IMG/VR virus record: IMGVR_UViG_2840054979_000001
Location: 34,281 to 98,280 of that record
DNA length: 64,000 nt
DNA from: a virus
Lineage: Duplodnaviria > Caudoviricetes
Direction: 5' to 3' (one strand)
The translations under genes and the position numbers were made by a program. The notes under the pieces were generated by a model, which was not told the origin of the DNA, did not search any database, and saw only the letters and a program-made list of their open reading frames with translations. Positions 36,197 to 46,101 of the stretch are shown one piece after another (position 1 is the stretch's first letter; each line of letters opens with the position of its first letter).

Positions 36197-36356
36197 GACG
36201 GGTGATACCGACCGACGCCGTCCGAGCCGAGGGCCGGTTCGAGCCCGACGGCCCGACTGGCTTCCGGGCACAGCCGCCGTACGCCGTCGACGCTCCGCTG
36301 CGGACGACACGGGCCGAGGCGCGCGCCGACATCGACGTGGAAGCACTGGACGCTCG

Positions 36357-36545
36357 ATGAGTCTCGACGACATCATCGGCGATCGGCTGCTCTCCCACGT
36401 CCAGGCCCGCCGAATCGCCGCCGATCGTGCGATGTCTGAGGCCGAGCAGGTCGACTGCACCACGCCGCGGGCGCACAGGTTGCGCGGCCGCTACGAAGCC
36501 CTGCTCGAGATCGAGAACGACATCCGCTACGGGAGCACCCGATGA
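36357..36545 (+). CDS. hypothetical protein
   Basis: ATGA coupling on both sides. Confidence 0.5.
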   Translation: MSLDDIIGDRLLSHVQARRIAADRAMSEAEQVDCTTPRAHRLRGRYEALLEIENDIRYGSTR

Positions 36546-36868
36546 GCGCCGACTACCTCACCGCTTGCGCCGAAGCCGCCGACCGCCAGGGCCTCTCGCC
36601 CGTCTGTCGGCTGCTAGCCGCCGGCTACGTGCCGTTCGCTCTCGAACAGACCGGCGGAATGATGATGTGCATACGCGTCGCCTACAGCGACGCCGGCAAA
36701 CCGCACTGGGCGCCCGAGCAGGATGTCCGGTACGCGTGGGTCACGCTCGACGACGACGGCGACGACTTCATGGTCGGCTGGTACGACGAACCCGGCGACC
36801 CCGTGCACTGGGACGTCCACCCGCTCGCCACGCTCCCGGGCGTCCTGGCCGAATGGCACGCAGGATGA
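36542..36868 (+). CDS. hypothetical protein
   Basis: GGAG SD; QTGG..M motif common in small actinophage proteins. Confidence 0.6.
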   Translation: MSADYLTACAEAADRQGLSPVCRLLAAGYVPFALEQTGGMMMCIRVAYSDAGKPHWAPEQDVRYAWVTLDDDGDDFMVGWYDEPGDPVHWDVHPLATLPGVLAEWHAG

Positions 36869-37131
36869 TCCCCGCCCCCGTCGTCGAGCTCAACGCCCCG
36901 AGCGACTGGCTGATCGCCGACAGCGCCAAGGCGATCGCCGAGATCCGGGCGGTCATCGCCCGCCGCACCGAAGCCGCGGCGCGCTGGAAGCCCGGACCGT
37001 TGCCAGTCCGTCACGGTCGCTACCGGCCCGTCCCGACCCGCCGGCGTCGACGCTGGCACGGCCGCGCGTTCGCTGCCTGAACCCGGCCCGACCGCCACGG
37101 CGAGTCGGAGCGTTGGCTACCCTCGCCGTGG

Positions 37132-37854
37132 ATGAGTTCACGGACCCGCGCCGCTGGCGCCACGATCGCCCTGCTCGCCGGCCTGGGAGCCGGCAGCGTC
37201 CACGCCACCACGGCCCCTGACGACACGACCGGAGAGCCGCCGCCGCCCGGAGTGTCCGTGATCGGCGATGTCGAGATCCCCGAAGGCACCGGGACCGGCG
37301 ACGTCGAGGTCGTGCTGCTCGGCGCCCCGTTCGAAGACATCGCCGTGCCGTTCGTGGTGCGCAACAACACCGACGAGCCCTTGTACGGCCTCCGCGCCGA
37401 ATCGACGGCGCGCGCCTCCGACGGCACCCTCGTCGCCGCCGGCCGCACGCTCGAGGTGGCACCGGTCGTCGTCCCGCCCGGCGGATACGCGTTCGGGGAC
37501 GTCGCCTACCCAGCGTCGCTCGACGGGACCGAGACCCACGACCTGCAATGGTCCAGCAACGACGACCCCGGCGACGAGATCCAGGTCGACGTCGTCGAAG
37601 CCGAGCTCACTGACGACATCGCCGGACCGATGTACGTCGGCATCGCGCGCAACACGTCCGACCACGACGTGACCAGCGCGCTCACCGTGCTGGCCGCGTG
37701 CTTCGACGACGCTGGGGCGATCACCAGCATCTCGCACGCGTTCGCCGGGCACGACGGTCTCGCGGCAGGCGCCGAGGTCGGGTTCAACGTCGGCGTGTCA
37801 CGGGCGGCCGACGGCTGCACGAACGCGTTGATCGCCGTCAGCGGCCGCCGATAG
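37132..37854 (+). CDS. secreted protein with two FxLYD-like beta-sandwich domains
   Basis: Signal peptide; VRNNT...G.LVA.G and G.ARN.S...A.FD..G.I patterns. Confidence 0.6.
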   Translation: MSSRTRAAGATIALLAGLGAGSVHATTAPDDTTGEPPPPGVSVIGDVEIPEGTGTGDVEVVLLGAPFEDIAVPFVVRNNTDEPLYGLRAESTARASDGTLVAAGRTLEVAPVVVPPGGYAFGDVAYPASLDGTETHDLQWSSNDDPGDEIQVDVVEAELTDDIAGPMYVGIARNTSDHDVTSALTVLAACFDDAGAITSISHAFAGHDGLAAGAEVGFNVGVSRAADGCTNALIAVSGRR

Positions 37855-37855
37855 C

Positions 37856-38197
37856 TCAGTCCGGGTCGGCGGCCGGCCAGTCCGACTGCACGACCAGCTG
37901 GGCTCGGCCTTTCGACGGCCATGTCCAGCGTGCACCGGACCCGAACGCGACGACGATCCTGACGTCGTAGGTCCCCTGGTCGGCGTCGACGAGCCACGAG
38001 CCGAGCTCGATCCGCACCGTGCGCGCGTCTGCGTCGACGAGCTCGCCGGCGAGCTCGACCCGTGGGTCGAGGCGGCCCCGGCGGACTTCGCCGGTCACGG
38101 ACACGACCGACTCGAGCGCGGTGATCCCGTCGAGTCGGGCGTCGATCGACGCTCCGATGTCGCCAGCGGTCCGCGTCCATGTCCCGTTCACTGGCAT
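37856..38197 (-). CDS. small Ig/BppU-N-like virion-associated protein
   Basis: GGAGG SD; G.YDVRI.V.F..G..WTWP beta-sandwich pattern. Confidence 0.6.
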   Translation of the reverse strand: MPVNGTWTRTAGDIGASIDARLDGITALESVVSVTGEVRRGRLDPRVELAGELVDADARTVRIELGSWLVDADQGTYDVRIVVAFGSGARWTWPSKGRAQLVVQSDWPAADPD

Positions 38198-41100
38198 TGG
38201 CAGCCTCCTTCGAGTGTGGCGATCACGTAGTCGGGGTCGAGCGTCTGGATCATCAGCGGACCGCAGATCGTCGGCTCGCTGCCGAACACCCACGCCGCGT
38301 CGCGGACGGTGACGACCACGACGGTCGGCTCGCCGCCCCAGGTCGCTGCCCCTGGGGTCCAGACGCCGTCGTCCGGTGCGGCCTCGACGAGCACCGGGTC
38401 GATGATCCAGGTCTGCGGCTCCGCTCCCGTGGCCCACGGCCCATCGTCGACTGTGACGGTGACGGCGGCCGCATCGACGTGCCAGGTCGTTGCGCCGGCC
38501 GTCCAGACGCCGTCCTCGGCCGCAACGACGACAGTGACCGGCTCGGCGGTCCAGGCCGCTTCACCGGACACCCAGGCACCGTCGTCAGCAGTGACGACGA
38601 CCGCAGCCGGGTCGCCCGACCACGTCGTCGGCCCCGCTGTCCAGACGCCGTCGTCGACGGTGACGGTCACGATGATCGGTTCGGTCGTGAACGCAGCGAG
38701 CGTCACCCAGGCGCCGTCGGCTACGGCCACCGCGACCCCGGCCGCATCGCCGGTCCATGTCACCGCCGTGGTCCACGCGTCGTCGACGGCCGTCACCTCG
38801 ATCACGGCCGGGTCGATGTCCCAGGTTTGCGGCTCGGGGTCCGGCACGCTCGCCGGCATGGTGACCGACCAGCCGCGGGCGATCAACGCCGCACGGTCGT
38901 CGTCGGTCGCGGCCGCCGGCGCGGCAGCGTCGTCCATGCGAAGGTTGCCGTTCGACGCGCCGAGCGTGTTCAGCGTCTCGAGGTACAGGCTCGCCGTGGC
39001 GCTGTCGATTGGGTTGGAGTGCGCGAGGACCGAACGCAGCAGCGGCGAGATCGGGGCGTCGTAGGTCGTGATGCCGGTGTCCCACACCCACCACTGCTCG
39101 ACGACCGGCAGCTGCGACATGGGCAGGTGCTGGGTGACGTTCTGCACCCGGACGCAGTAGTGCCACAGCGCCAGCATCGGTGTGTCGCTGACGAAGCCGA
39201 TCGTCGCGGCGCCCGACTGCTGGTTGGCGCACCGAAGGTCCTGCAGCGTGCCGGCGAGCGGTGTCAGGTCGATGGTGCCGGACAGGTCGTTCTGCTCCAT
39301 GCACAGCCGGATCATGCTGTCGCAGCCGGTGAAGTCGATCGACGTGACCTCGGCCTGGTAGCACTCGACGTGCGTCAACGCTGCGAGGCCGCTGACGTCG
39401 AGGTGGCCGGTCAGCCCGGATTGGGCGGCGAAGAAGTGCTTGAGGCCTGTGCAATGGGTGAGGCCGGTGATGCCGGTGAGCGACTGCGGCGCCCAGTTGA
39501 ATGTCGCGGGCAGGTTGTCGCGGCCGGAGTCCTGCGTGTTGTCGTAGCCGAGGTTGATGAACTCGACGTCGCCGATGGCCTGTGCGCCGCCGTCGAGCAC
39601 CCGCATGACGACCACGCCGTCGACGGGAGCGGTGATCGACGGTGTGATACCGGTGGCGAGTAGGGCGTCGCTGGAGTCGCGCCACTCGACCGTGGCGGTC
39701 GACCCCGCTACGAGTCCGATCCACGGTGCGAACGTTCCGGAGACACCCGTCATCGTGACGCCGGCTGGCGCTGCTGCGGTGACGAGCGGGTCGATCCAGT
39801 ACCAGGCGTCCGTTGTGGCGAACGGGACCGTTGATCCGGCAGTGTCGCCGTTGTAGTGCGAGGTCGGCTGCGTCGCCTCCAGCAGACCGAGCCTCGACGG
39901 CTGCTGGTCAACGAAGTAGGCGGCCCATCGGGCGAGGTCGAAGTTCGCTGATGCCTCAGCCGAGATCCAGATGCACCGAGGAACCCCGGCCGTCAGGGCG
40001 ACGGGCTCGTCGAATAGGTAGGTGGACCAGCCTGGCGACGGGAACGGTCCGGAGTAGCCAGCGAGAGTGGCCACGGCGGCTGCTCCGCCATCGATCGGGC
40101 CGACGTAGATCGTCTCGGTGATCGTCTCGGCCGGCGCTGCCGGGCCCACGTGCCAGGTGCGCACGCCGTGCAGGTGCACGTCGACGGTCGGCGTGAACGC
40201 GAAGCCGCGCCGGTGGGTGGCGTTCCACCACTGAATGTGCTGGCCGTCGCCGCCGGCACTGACGTGGATCGGGCCGACGTCATCGACGGTGAGGAACGAG
40301 TCGTACGCCGGCGCCGGCGGCGCCCCGGGCGTCGCGCTGACTGCCGTCGACGCCGGGCCGGTTCCGACCTCGTTGATCGCCGACACCCGGTACCAGTACG
40401 TCGAACCGTTGACCACGTCGGTGTCGAGGTAGGTCGTCGCGGTGCTCGTGCCGTCGGCGAGCGTCGACCACGCACCGGGCGCTCCGGCGACATCGGGTGC
40501 CCGTTCGACGACGTAGTCGGTGATCGGCGATCCGCCGTCGGCCGGCGTCGTCCAGGCGAGCTCGACTTCGGCGTCGCCCGGCGTCGCCACCAGGCCGGTG
40601 ACCTGTGCTGGCGGGTCAGGCTCCGGTGGCAGGTCGCCGGCCTCGAAGTTGTCGGCGATACCGCGCATCGCCGAATCGGAGAAGAAGCCCCAGCCGAACC
40701 CGACCTTGGTGCCGGTGAGCGGCTCGGACGGATCGGTGTACGTGATGACCGGTGTGTCGAGGTCGTCGACGTAGGCCCGAAGCTCGGTCGCCGTGCCGTC
40801 GAGGTCTCTCGCCTCCAGGCGGAACCGGTGGATGCCGGTCAGGTCGCCGATCACCGCCGATGTCAGATCGGAACCCGCCCCGCCTCCGGTGTTCTTGCGA
40901 AGCCAGAGAGTGGTGTAGGCGGGCCAGTAGTACAGCATGTAGCCGTCGAGCCAGGGGAACTCGAACACGCCGTTGGATCGCAGTGTGCACGACGTGGTCT
41001 CACCGTTGTCGCAGTCCATGTCGACCTGCGAGTACTGGTTCAGGGTGACGCAGTCGCCTGCCCACACGAGTTGATCGCGTCCGTTGCCGGTCGTCGTGAC

Positions 41101-42336
41101 CGCTTGGCTGTTGACACGGGTAACGCCGGAGCCGTTGACCAGGATCCAGTGGGGCGCGAGGGGACCGTCGCCGGCGAAGTCGTCGGAGAACGCTGCGAGC
41201 GGCGGCGGGTCGGGCACGAAGTCGAACGTTTGGGCGTAGCCGAGATCGCCTGGCTCGGACTGCCACCACACCACGAACCGGGTGTCGCTGATCTTCTTGA
41301 TATAGGGGTCGACGCCTCCGGTGAACACGGCGACCTGACTGCCGGGGTCTGTCGTCACCGCCCATGTCGTCGAGTCGACGGTGATGACGTCGACGAAGAT
41401 GTCCGAGGCGGCGTCGCGGCGGGCCCGCACCACGCTGTAGACGCCGGCGACCTCGGACATCAACGTCATGGTCTGCGGCCGTTCGGCCGACAGCGTGAAC
41501 GCCGAGGCAGGCAGACTCGTCGGCGTGCCGATAGCGGTGATCGCCCAGGTCGCCAGGTCGACCTCGAGCACCTGACCGAACGTCGCGCCTGTGGTGGCAT
41601 TCGTCCACACGGCGAGGAAGTGGTTGGCGTCGAGGCGTTGCAGCGAGTTCTGGCGGCCCTCGGTGGTGTCGAACTCGAGGACCGACAGTTCGCTGATCTG
41701 GTAGGTGGACGCGTCGACGTTGAGCACCTTGGCGAACCCGTCGTTGTTGGCGCCGTCGTAGGTGACGAGGTACTTCGTGTCGTCGTCGTTGATCTTCGAG
41801 ACGGCCGGGCCCATGCCGTTGGTCGTGTCGAACTCGAACGAGTGGAGCGTCGACGGCACGCCGGCCGTCACCTGGATCGTGGATGCCCAGCCGTCGTTGG
41901 CGTCGCCGCGGTACACGACGAGGAAGATGTCGCCGGTCACGACCTCGACGTCCTGGGAGCTCGTGAAGGCCGGGTCGTACTCCAACGCCGGGCCGGTCGA
42001 CGTGATGTCCCATGTCGAGTCGTTGACGGTCAACACCTGGGCGAACCCGTCATTGTCTACCGACCGGTAAAAGACCACCGGCTGATAGGGCGTTGCACCG
42101 ACGGCGACGTAGGGCCGGGACTCCGCTGCGCCGATCGGGTCGAACTCGAACGGGGTGCCGACCTGGGTGATCGTCCCCGCGGCGTCGATGTGGTGGATGA
42201 CGGCGAAGCCATCGGACCCGACGACCTGGTAGGCGACGACCCAGTGCGTGTCGTCGAGCCGTGCGGCGTTCGGCGTCATGCCGACTTCGGTGCCCGACCA
42301 GTTCGACGGGGTGCCGATCGGCTCTACGGTCGCCAT
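38188..42336 (-). CDS. 1382-aa multidomain fibre/adhesin-like protein (propeller repeats, lectin-like, FN3, LRR, C-terminal W-repeats)
   Basis: Repeated 'DGFA.V...EFD' blades; FN3 (LAWTTP.DGGSPITDY...YWYRVSAIN.VG.G); LRR; ~23-aa W..DP..V.VT..DG.W repeats. Confidence 0.8.
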   Translation of the reverse strand: MATVEPIGTPSNWSGTEVGMTPNAARLDDTHWVVAYQVVGSDGFAVIHHIDAAGTITQVGTPFEFDPIGAAESRPYVAVGATPYQPVVFYRSVDNDGFAQVLTVNDSTWDITSTGPALEYDPAFTSSQDVEVVTGDIFLVVYRGDANDGWASTIQVTAGVPSTLHSFEFDTTNGMGPAVSKINDDDTKYLVTYDGANNDGFAKVLNVDASTYQISELSVLEFDTTEGRQNSLQRLDANHFLAVWTNATTGATFGQVLEVDLATWAITAIGTPTSLPASAFTLSAERPQTMTLMSEVAGVYSVVRARRDAASDIFVDVITVDSTTWAVTTDPGSQVAVFTGGVDPYIKKISDTRFVVWWQSEPGDLGYAQTFDFVPDPPPLAAFSDDFAGDGPLAPHWILVNGSGVTRVNSQAVTTTGNGRDQLVWAGDCVTLNQYSQVDMDCDNGETTSCTLRSNGVFEFPWLDGYMLYYWPAYTTLWLRKNTGGGAGSDLTSAVIGDLTGIHRFRLEARDLDGTATELRAYVDDLDTPVITYTDPSEPLTGTKVGFGWGFFSDSAMRGIADNFEAGDLPPEPDPPAQVTGLVATPGDAEVELAWTTPADGGSPITDYVVERAPDVAGAPGAWSTLADGTSTATTYLDTDVVNGSTYWYRVSAINEVGTGPASTAVSATPGAPPAPAYDSFLTVDDVGPIHVSAGGDGQHIQWWNATHRRGFAFTPTVDVHLHGVRTWHVGPAAPAETITETIYVGPIDGGAAAVATLAGYSGPFPSPGWSTYLFDEPVALTAGVPRCIWISAEASANFDLARWAAYFVDQQPSRLGLLEATQPTSHYNGDTAGSTVPFATTDAWYWIDPLVTAAAPAGVTMTGVSGTFAPWIGLVAGSTATVEWRDSSDALLATGITPSITAPVDGVVVMRVLDGGAQAIGDVEFINLGYDNTQDSGRDNLPATFNWAPQSLTGITGLTHCTGLKHFFAAQSGLTGHLDVSGLAALTHVECYQAEVTSIDFTGCDSMIRLCMEQNDLSGTIDLTPLAGTLQDLRCANQQSGAATIGFVSDTPMLALWHYCVRVQNVTQHLPMSQLPVVEQWWVWDTGITTYDAPISPLLRSVLAHSNPIDSATASLYLETLNTLGASNGNLRMDDAAAPAAATDDDRAALIARGWSVTMPASVPDPEPQTWDIDPAVIEVTAVDDAWTTAVTWTGDAAGVAVAVADGAWVTLAAFTTEPIIVTVTVDDGVWTAGPTTWSGDPAAVVVTADDGAWVSGEAAWTAEPVTVVVAAEDGVWTAGATTWHVDAAAVTVTVDDGPWATGAEPQTWIIDPVLVEAAPDDGVWTPGAATWGGEPTVVVVTVRDAAWVFGSEPTICGPLMIQTLDPDYVIATLEGGCQCQ

Positions 42337-42377
42337 TGGTCAGGAGACGTCGCGGTGAGGGGCCGGGATGCCGGCGC

Positions 42378-42830
42378 TCAGGCCGGGCGCTGGAACGAGT
42401 ACGTGAACCCGGGGGCGGTGATCGACCCGCCGTTGGTCGGCAACGGCGTCGGCGTGCCCGCGACGTCACGCCGATGCACCGACAGCAGCACGGCGGCCGA
42501 GTCGTCTGCGTTCTGCAGGTAGAAGAACGCGCCTGCCCACGACTCGCCTTCGGCGACGGTCGCCCAGGACGCAGCATCGGCGGTGATCGCGACGGCGTTC
42601 GACGTGTCGTCCTCAGCGACCGTGACGTTGGCCAGGTCGACACGGCTGTAGCCGGCGGCTTGGGCCTCGGTGGCGACGGCGAGCAGGTCGGACACGAAGT
42701 TCATGTCGACGATCGCCGCGGGGTCGGGGAACGCCTGGCCGTCGGTGATGACGCCCATCCGAATGTCGGTGGCAGCCGACACGGCGGCGGTCACCAGGGT
42801 GTAGATGCCTCGGTTGGTTGGGACGTGCAC
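42378..42830 (-). CDS. putative virion structural protein
   Basis: GGAGG SD + GTG; E...AGYSR.L...W.TV...TNGG.IT pattern typical of fibre-associated genes. Confidence 0.65.
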   Translation of the reverse strand: MHVPTNRGIYTLVTAAVSAATDIRMGVITDGQAFPDPAAIVDMNFVSDLLAVATEAQAAGYSRVDLANVTVAEDDTSNAVAITADAASWATVAEGESWAGAFFYLQNADDSAAVLLSVHRRDVAGTPTPLPTNGGSITAPGFTYSFQRPA

Positions 42831-42883
42831 GGCGGGCCTCCGATCGACGGGCGTGGTATCCACACACATGGTATGCGTCTTCA

Positions 42884-42896
42884 GTATTATCATGCG
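42884..42896. promoter_or_regulatory. class III (late) motif between divergent structural operons
   Basis: GTATTATCATGCG; relatives at 19326, 27068, 29932, 48353, 56509, 60804. Confidence 0.6.
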
Positions 42897-43005
42897 TGGA
42901 CCGCTCGTAGATCGGGACAGTGGGCGACGTAGTCGGCCTGCGACAGCCACTCAGTCGTGACCCCGGACGCCGGGGCCCTTGGCAGCGCAAGGAGCTACGC
43001 CCGCT

Positions 43006-44802
43006 ATGAACCCGATCCAGATCCCCGAGAACCTGTCGGAGCTCGGCGACGACGCGCTCGAGACGCTCACCACGAGCATCGCCGCCGCTGCCGAGGAACT
43101 GCTGTCGCAGGACGAGATCACCGACGAGGTGAACGACGAGCTCGAACGGCTCGCCGACGCCCGCGACGCCATCACGGCGCTTACCAAGGAGCGGGCCGCG
43201 GCAGCCGCCGCCCGCCAGGAGCGCCGCGACTCCGCCGCCGCACGATTCGCCGACCCCGAGCCGGAGGCCGAGGTCGATGACGTTCCGGCCGCCGAGACCG
43301 CCCCCGACGCCGACCCCGAGCCCGAGACCCCGGTCGCCGAGACCGAGCCCGACCCGGAGCCCGACGTCGTCGTCCCCGACGACGCGTCGTCGATCGACGA
43401 CACCGCTCCGGCCGCCGTCGAGCCGGCCGCACAGGTCCCGGCGGTTTCGGCCGCCACCACCGAGCCGGCACCCACGCCGGCTCCCGCACCGGCCGTTGCG
43501 CCGGAGAAGGGGTTGGCCGCCATGAGCGCCAAGCGTTCCCGTTCCACCACGGCTCGCCCCGCACGGGCCGACTTCATGACGGCCACGGCGCACGCGCTCG
43601 GTGGTCGTGAGGGCAACCCGTTCGACAACGTGCTCGACCTGGCCACGGCGATCACCAAGAAGCGGCACAGCTTCTCGGTCGTGCCTGCCGGCGTGAAGCG
43701 CGACTTCGTGCCGATCGCGTCGGGCATGAAGGAGATCGAGCACGCCGTCGGCGGCGACCTCGAGCAGAACTTCCAGGTGCTGCGCGACCTGCAGGTCGGT
43801 GCGGAGGCGCTCGTCGCCTCCGGTGCTGGCTGTGCTCCGTACTCGCCGAGCTACGAGTTCTTCCGGCTCGCCGAGCCGCAGAACCCGGTCGAGGCCGGCA
43901 CCCCGGTCGTCCAGGCCCCCCGTGGCGGCATCCGCTACATCGTGCCGATGAGCGTCGCCGCCGCGGCCGGCGCGATCGACATCTCGGCCCAGGACCGCGA
44001 CTACGAGCCGTACGACGAGACGACGAACCCCGACGGTCTCGGCCCGAAGGCGTGCATCTCGGTCGACTGCGCCGACATCGCCGAGGAAGAGGTGTCGGCC
44101 GTGTCGCAGTGCGTCACGTTCGACAACCTCCGATACAAGGTGTTCCCCGAGCAGGTCGCCGCGTTCCTCGAGGACGTCGCCGTGCAGTTCGCCTCCACCA
44201 AGGAGGTGTTCTACCTCGACTACATCAAGGGCAAGTCGACGGCCGCGACGTCGGCCGGTGCGTATGGCGCCAGCCGCAGCCTGCTGCGTGACTGGACGCA
44301 CGCCACCGTCGCCTACCGCAAGCGGCACGGGATGCGGCGCAACGCGGTCATCAACGTGCTGGCCCCCGACATCGCGATCGACATCATCAAGCTCGACATC
44401 GCTCTGTCGAACGATCGGGGATGGCCCGGGACCGTGTCGGACGCCGAGGTCGAGTCGGTGCTTCGCAGCCTCGGCATCGTCGCCATCTGGTACAACGACA
44501 ACCCGACCGGGACGACCCCGAACCAGAAGTTCGCCGGCGCCCAGGGTGCCGGTGCCCTGGCGGTGTTCCCGACGTCGATCGTCAGCTACGTGTACGCCCC
44601 CGGGACGTTCGTCCGTCTCGACGGCGGCACGCTCGACGTCGGCCTGGTGCGCGACAGCGTGCTGAACCGCACGAACGACCTTCAGCTGTTCATGGAGGAG
44701 TGGATCGGCATGGCGAAGCTCGGCTTCGAGTCGGTCCAGCTGACCTCGACGATCAACGTGAACGGCGCCGCCCCGAACTACGTGACCGCCCTCGCTGCGT
44801 AA
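43006..44802 (+). CDS. major capsid (hexamer-type) protein with N-terminal scaffold-like region
   Basis: AAGGAG SD; acidic coiled-coil/Pro-rich N-half; ALVASG.GCAP, RGGIRY, LD.G.VRDS.LN.TND...F.EE. Confidence 0.85.
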   Translation: MNPIQIPENLSELGDDALETLTTSIAAAAEELLSQDEITDEVNDELERLADARDAITALTKERAAAAAARQERRDSAAARFADPEPEAEVDDVPAAETAPDADPEPETPVAETEPDPEPDVVVPDDASSIDDTAPAAVEPAAQVPAVSAATTEPAPTPAPAPAVAPEKGLAAMSAKRSRSTTARPARADFMTATAHALGGREGNPFDNVLDLATAITKKRHSFSVVPAGVKRDFVPIASGMKEIEHAVGGDLEQNFQVLRDLQVGAEALVASGAGCAPYSPSYEFFRLAEPQNPVEAGTPVVQAPRGGIRYIVPMSVAAAAGAIDISAQDRDYEPYDETTNPDGLGPKACISVDCADIAEEEVSAVSQCVTFDNLRYKVFPEQVAAFLEDVAVQFASTKEVFYLDYIKGKSTAATSAGAYGASRSLLRDWTHATVAYRKRHGMRRNAVINVLAPDIAIDIIKLDIALSNDRGWPGTVSDAEVESVLRSLGIVAIWYNDNPTGTTPNQKFAGAQGAGALAVFPTSIVSYVYAPGTFVRLDGGTLDVGLVRDSVLNRTNDLQLFMEEWIGMAKLGFESVQLTSTINVNGAAPNYVTALAA

Positions 44803-44812
44803 CCCAGCTGGT

Positions 44813-44850
44813 CCGGGGTCCGCGCCGCGCCCACGAGGCGCGGACCCCGG
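44813..44850 (+). terminator. 14-bp hairpin after major capsid gene
   Basis: CCGGGGTCCGCGCC / GGCGCGGACCCCGG. Confidence 0.6.
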
Positions 44851-44871
44851 GATCGACTCCTGGAGGCCGAC

Positions 44872-46086
44872 TTGTCGCCCATCTCCCCGCCGAAGATCGT
44901 CAACGGACCGGCCGTTACGCCGTCGCTCCGTGGCCTGGTCGCGTCCGCGACCCCTGCAATTGAGGACAACGACGGTTGGGTCGGCGGGTTCACGTGGGAT
45001 CCCGAGACCTGCGCGATTGTCAACGTTCTTCCGAACGACTGCGGCGGCGACGTCGACTACCCCGACCCGGCCGAGTTCGAGAACTGCGTCACGGTCCTGC
45101 CGTCGATGCTCGAGGTCGCGGTCATCCGCGGCACGTTGCACGCCCGGCTGGGCTCGTACCCGACGATCCCTCTGCGGATCCTGGAGGCCGGCACCACCAA
45201 GGCCCTCGAGGCCGACTTCTGGACCGGTGTCGGGTCGCGTCACGCCGACTCCGGCGTCGTCGGCAACCAGTACCTCGCCAGCCCCGACGCCACGGTCGTC
45301 AACCCGACGCCCGGCACCGCAGTGCCGTTGCGGCAGGGCCTGGCACTGCTGGAGCAGGCGTTGGCCGACTGCGGTGTCGGTGGCCGCGGCATGATCCACG
45401 CGCCGGTCGAGGTCGCGTCGCTGTGGACCTACGACAGCAGCGCGTTCGTCGTCGACGGCGACCAACTCGTCACGCTCGCCCGCGGCAACATCCTCGTCGC
45501 CGGCGCCGGCTACCCCGGCACCGGGCCCGACTCGGAGTCGACGCCGACCGAGCACACGTTCACCGGCACCGGCGGCATCACCGGCGGCACCTACACGCTG
45601 ACGGTGCTCGGCGCGACGACAGCGCCGATCGTGTGGGACGCCAACGCGCTCGACGTGCTGCTGAGCGTGCAGGTCGCAGTCGAGCAGACGGACCCGACGT
45701 TCGACATCGACTCGATCACCGTCACCGGCGGCCCGCTCGAAACCGCGCCGATCGTCGTCAGCTACCCGACCGTCGGCCCCGTCCAGCCGGCCAGCGCCGA
45801 CGCGTCCCAGCTGACCGGCACCGCCCCTGCGATCGACGTCGCCACCACCGAAGGTGATGTCGTCACGCCGGCCGCCACGCCCGCTGCCGGCACCGCATGG
45901 GTGTACGCGACCGGCCAGGTGCAGACCCGGTTGTCGCTCCCCGAGATCACGCCCGACGAGTTCAAAGAGGCGTTCGACCGCAAGACGAACACCGTCTCGT
46001 ACCGGGCCTGGCGGCACGCCGCCGCCAACTTCGACCCCTGCTGCGGACCGTTCGCCGTCCTCGTCTCCCTCTACCCCGCCACCTGA
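44872..46086 (+). CDS. second capsid-fold (pentamer-type) protein with inserted beta domain
   Basis: GGAGG SD + TTG; ALE..FW.G, LEQALA..G.GMIHAP, GN.LVAGAGY, WVYATG.V motifs. Confidence 0.65.
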   Translation: MSPISPPKIVNGPAVTPSLRGLVASATPAIEDNDGWVGGFTWDPETCAIVNVLPNDCGGDVDYPDPAEFENCVTVLPSMLEVAVIRGTLHARLGSYPTIPLRILEAGTTKALEADFWTGVGSRHADSGVVGNQYLASPDATVVNPTPGTAVPLRQGLALLEQALADCGVGGRGMIHAPVEVASLWTYDSSAFVVDGDQLVTLARGNILVAGAGYPGTGPDSESTPTEHTFTGTGGITGGTYTLTVLGATTAPIVWDANALDVLLSVQVAVEQTDPTFDIDSITVTGGPLETAPIVVSYPTVGPVQPASADASQLTGTAPAIDVATTEGDVVTPAATPAAGTAWVYATGQVQTRLSLPEITPDEFKEAFDRKTNTVSYRAWRHAAANFDPCCGPFAVLVSLYPAT

Positions 46087-46101
46087 CCAGGAGAACCTGC
46101 C

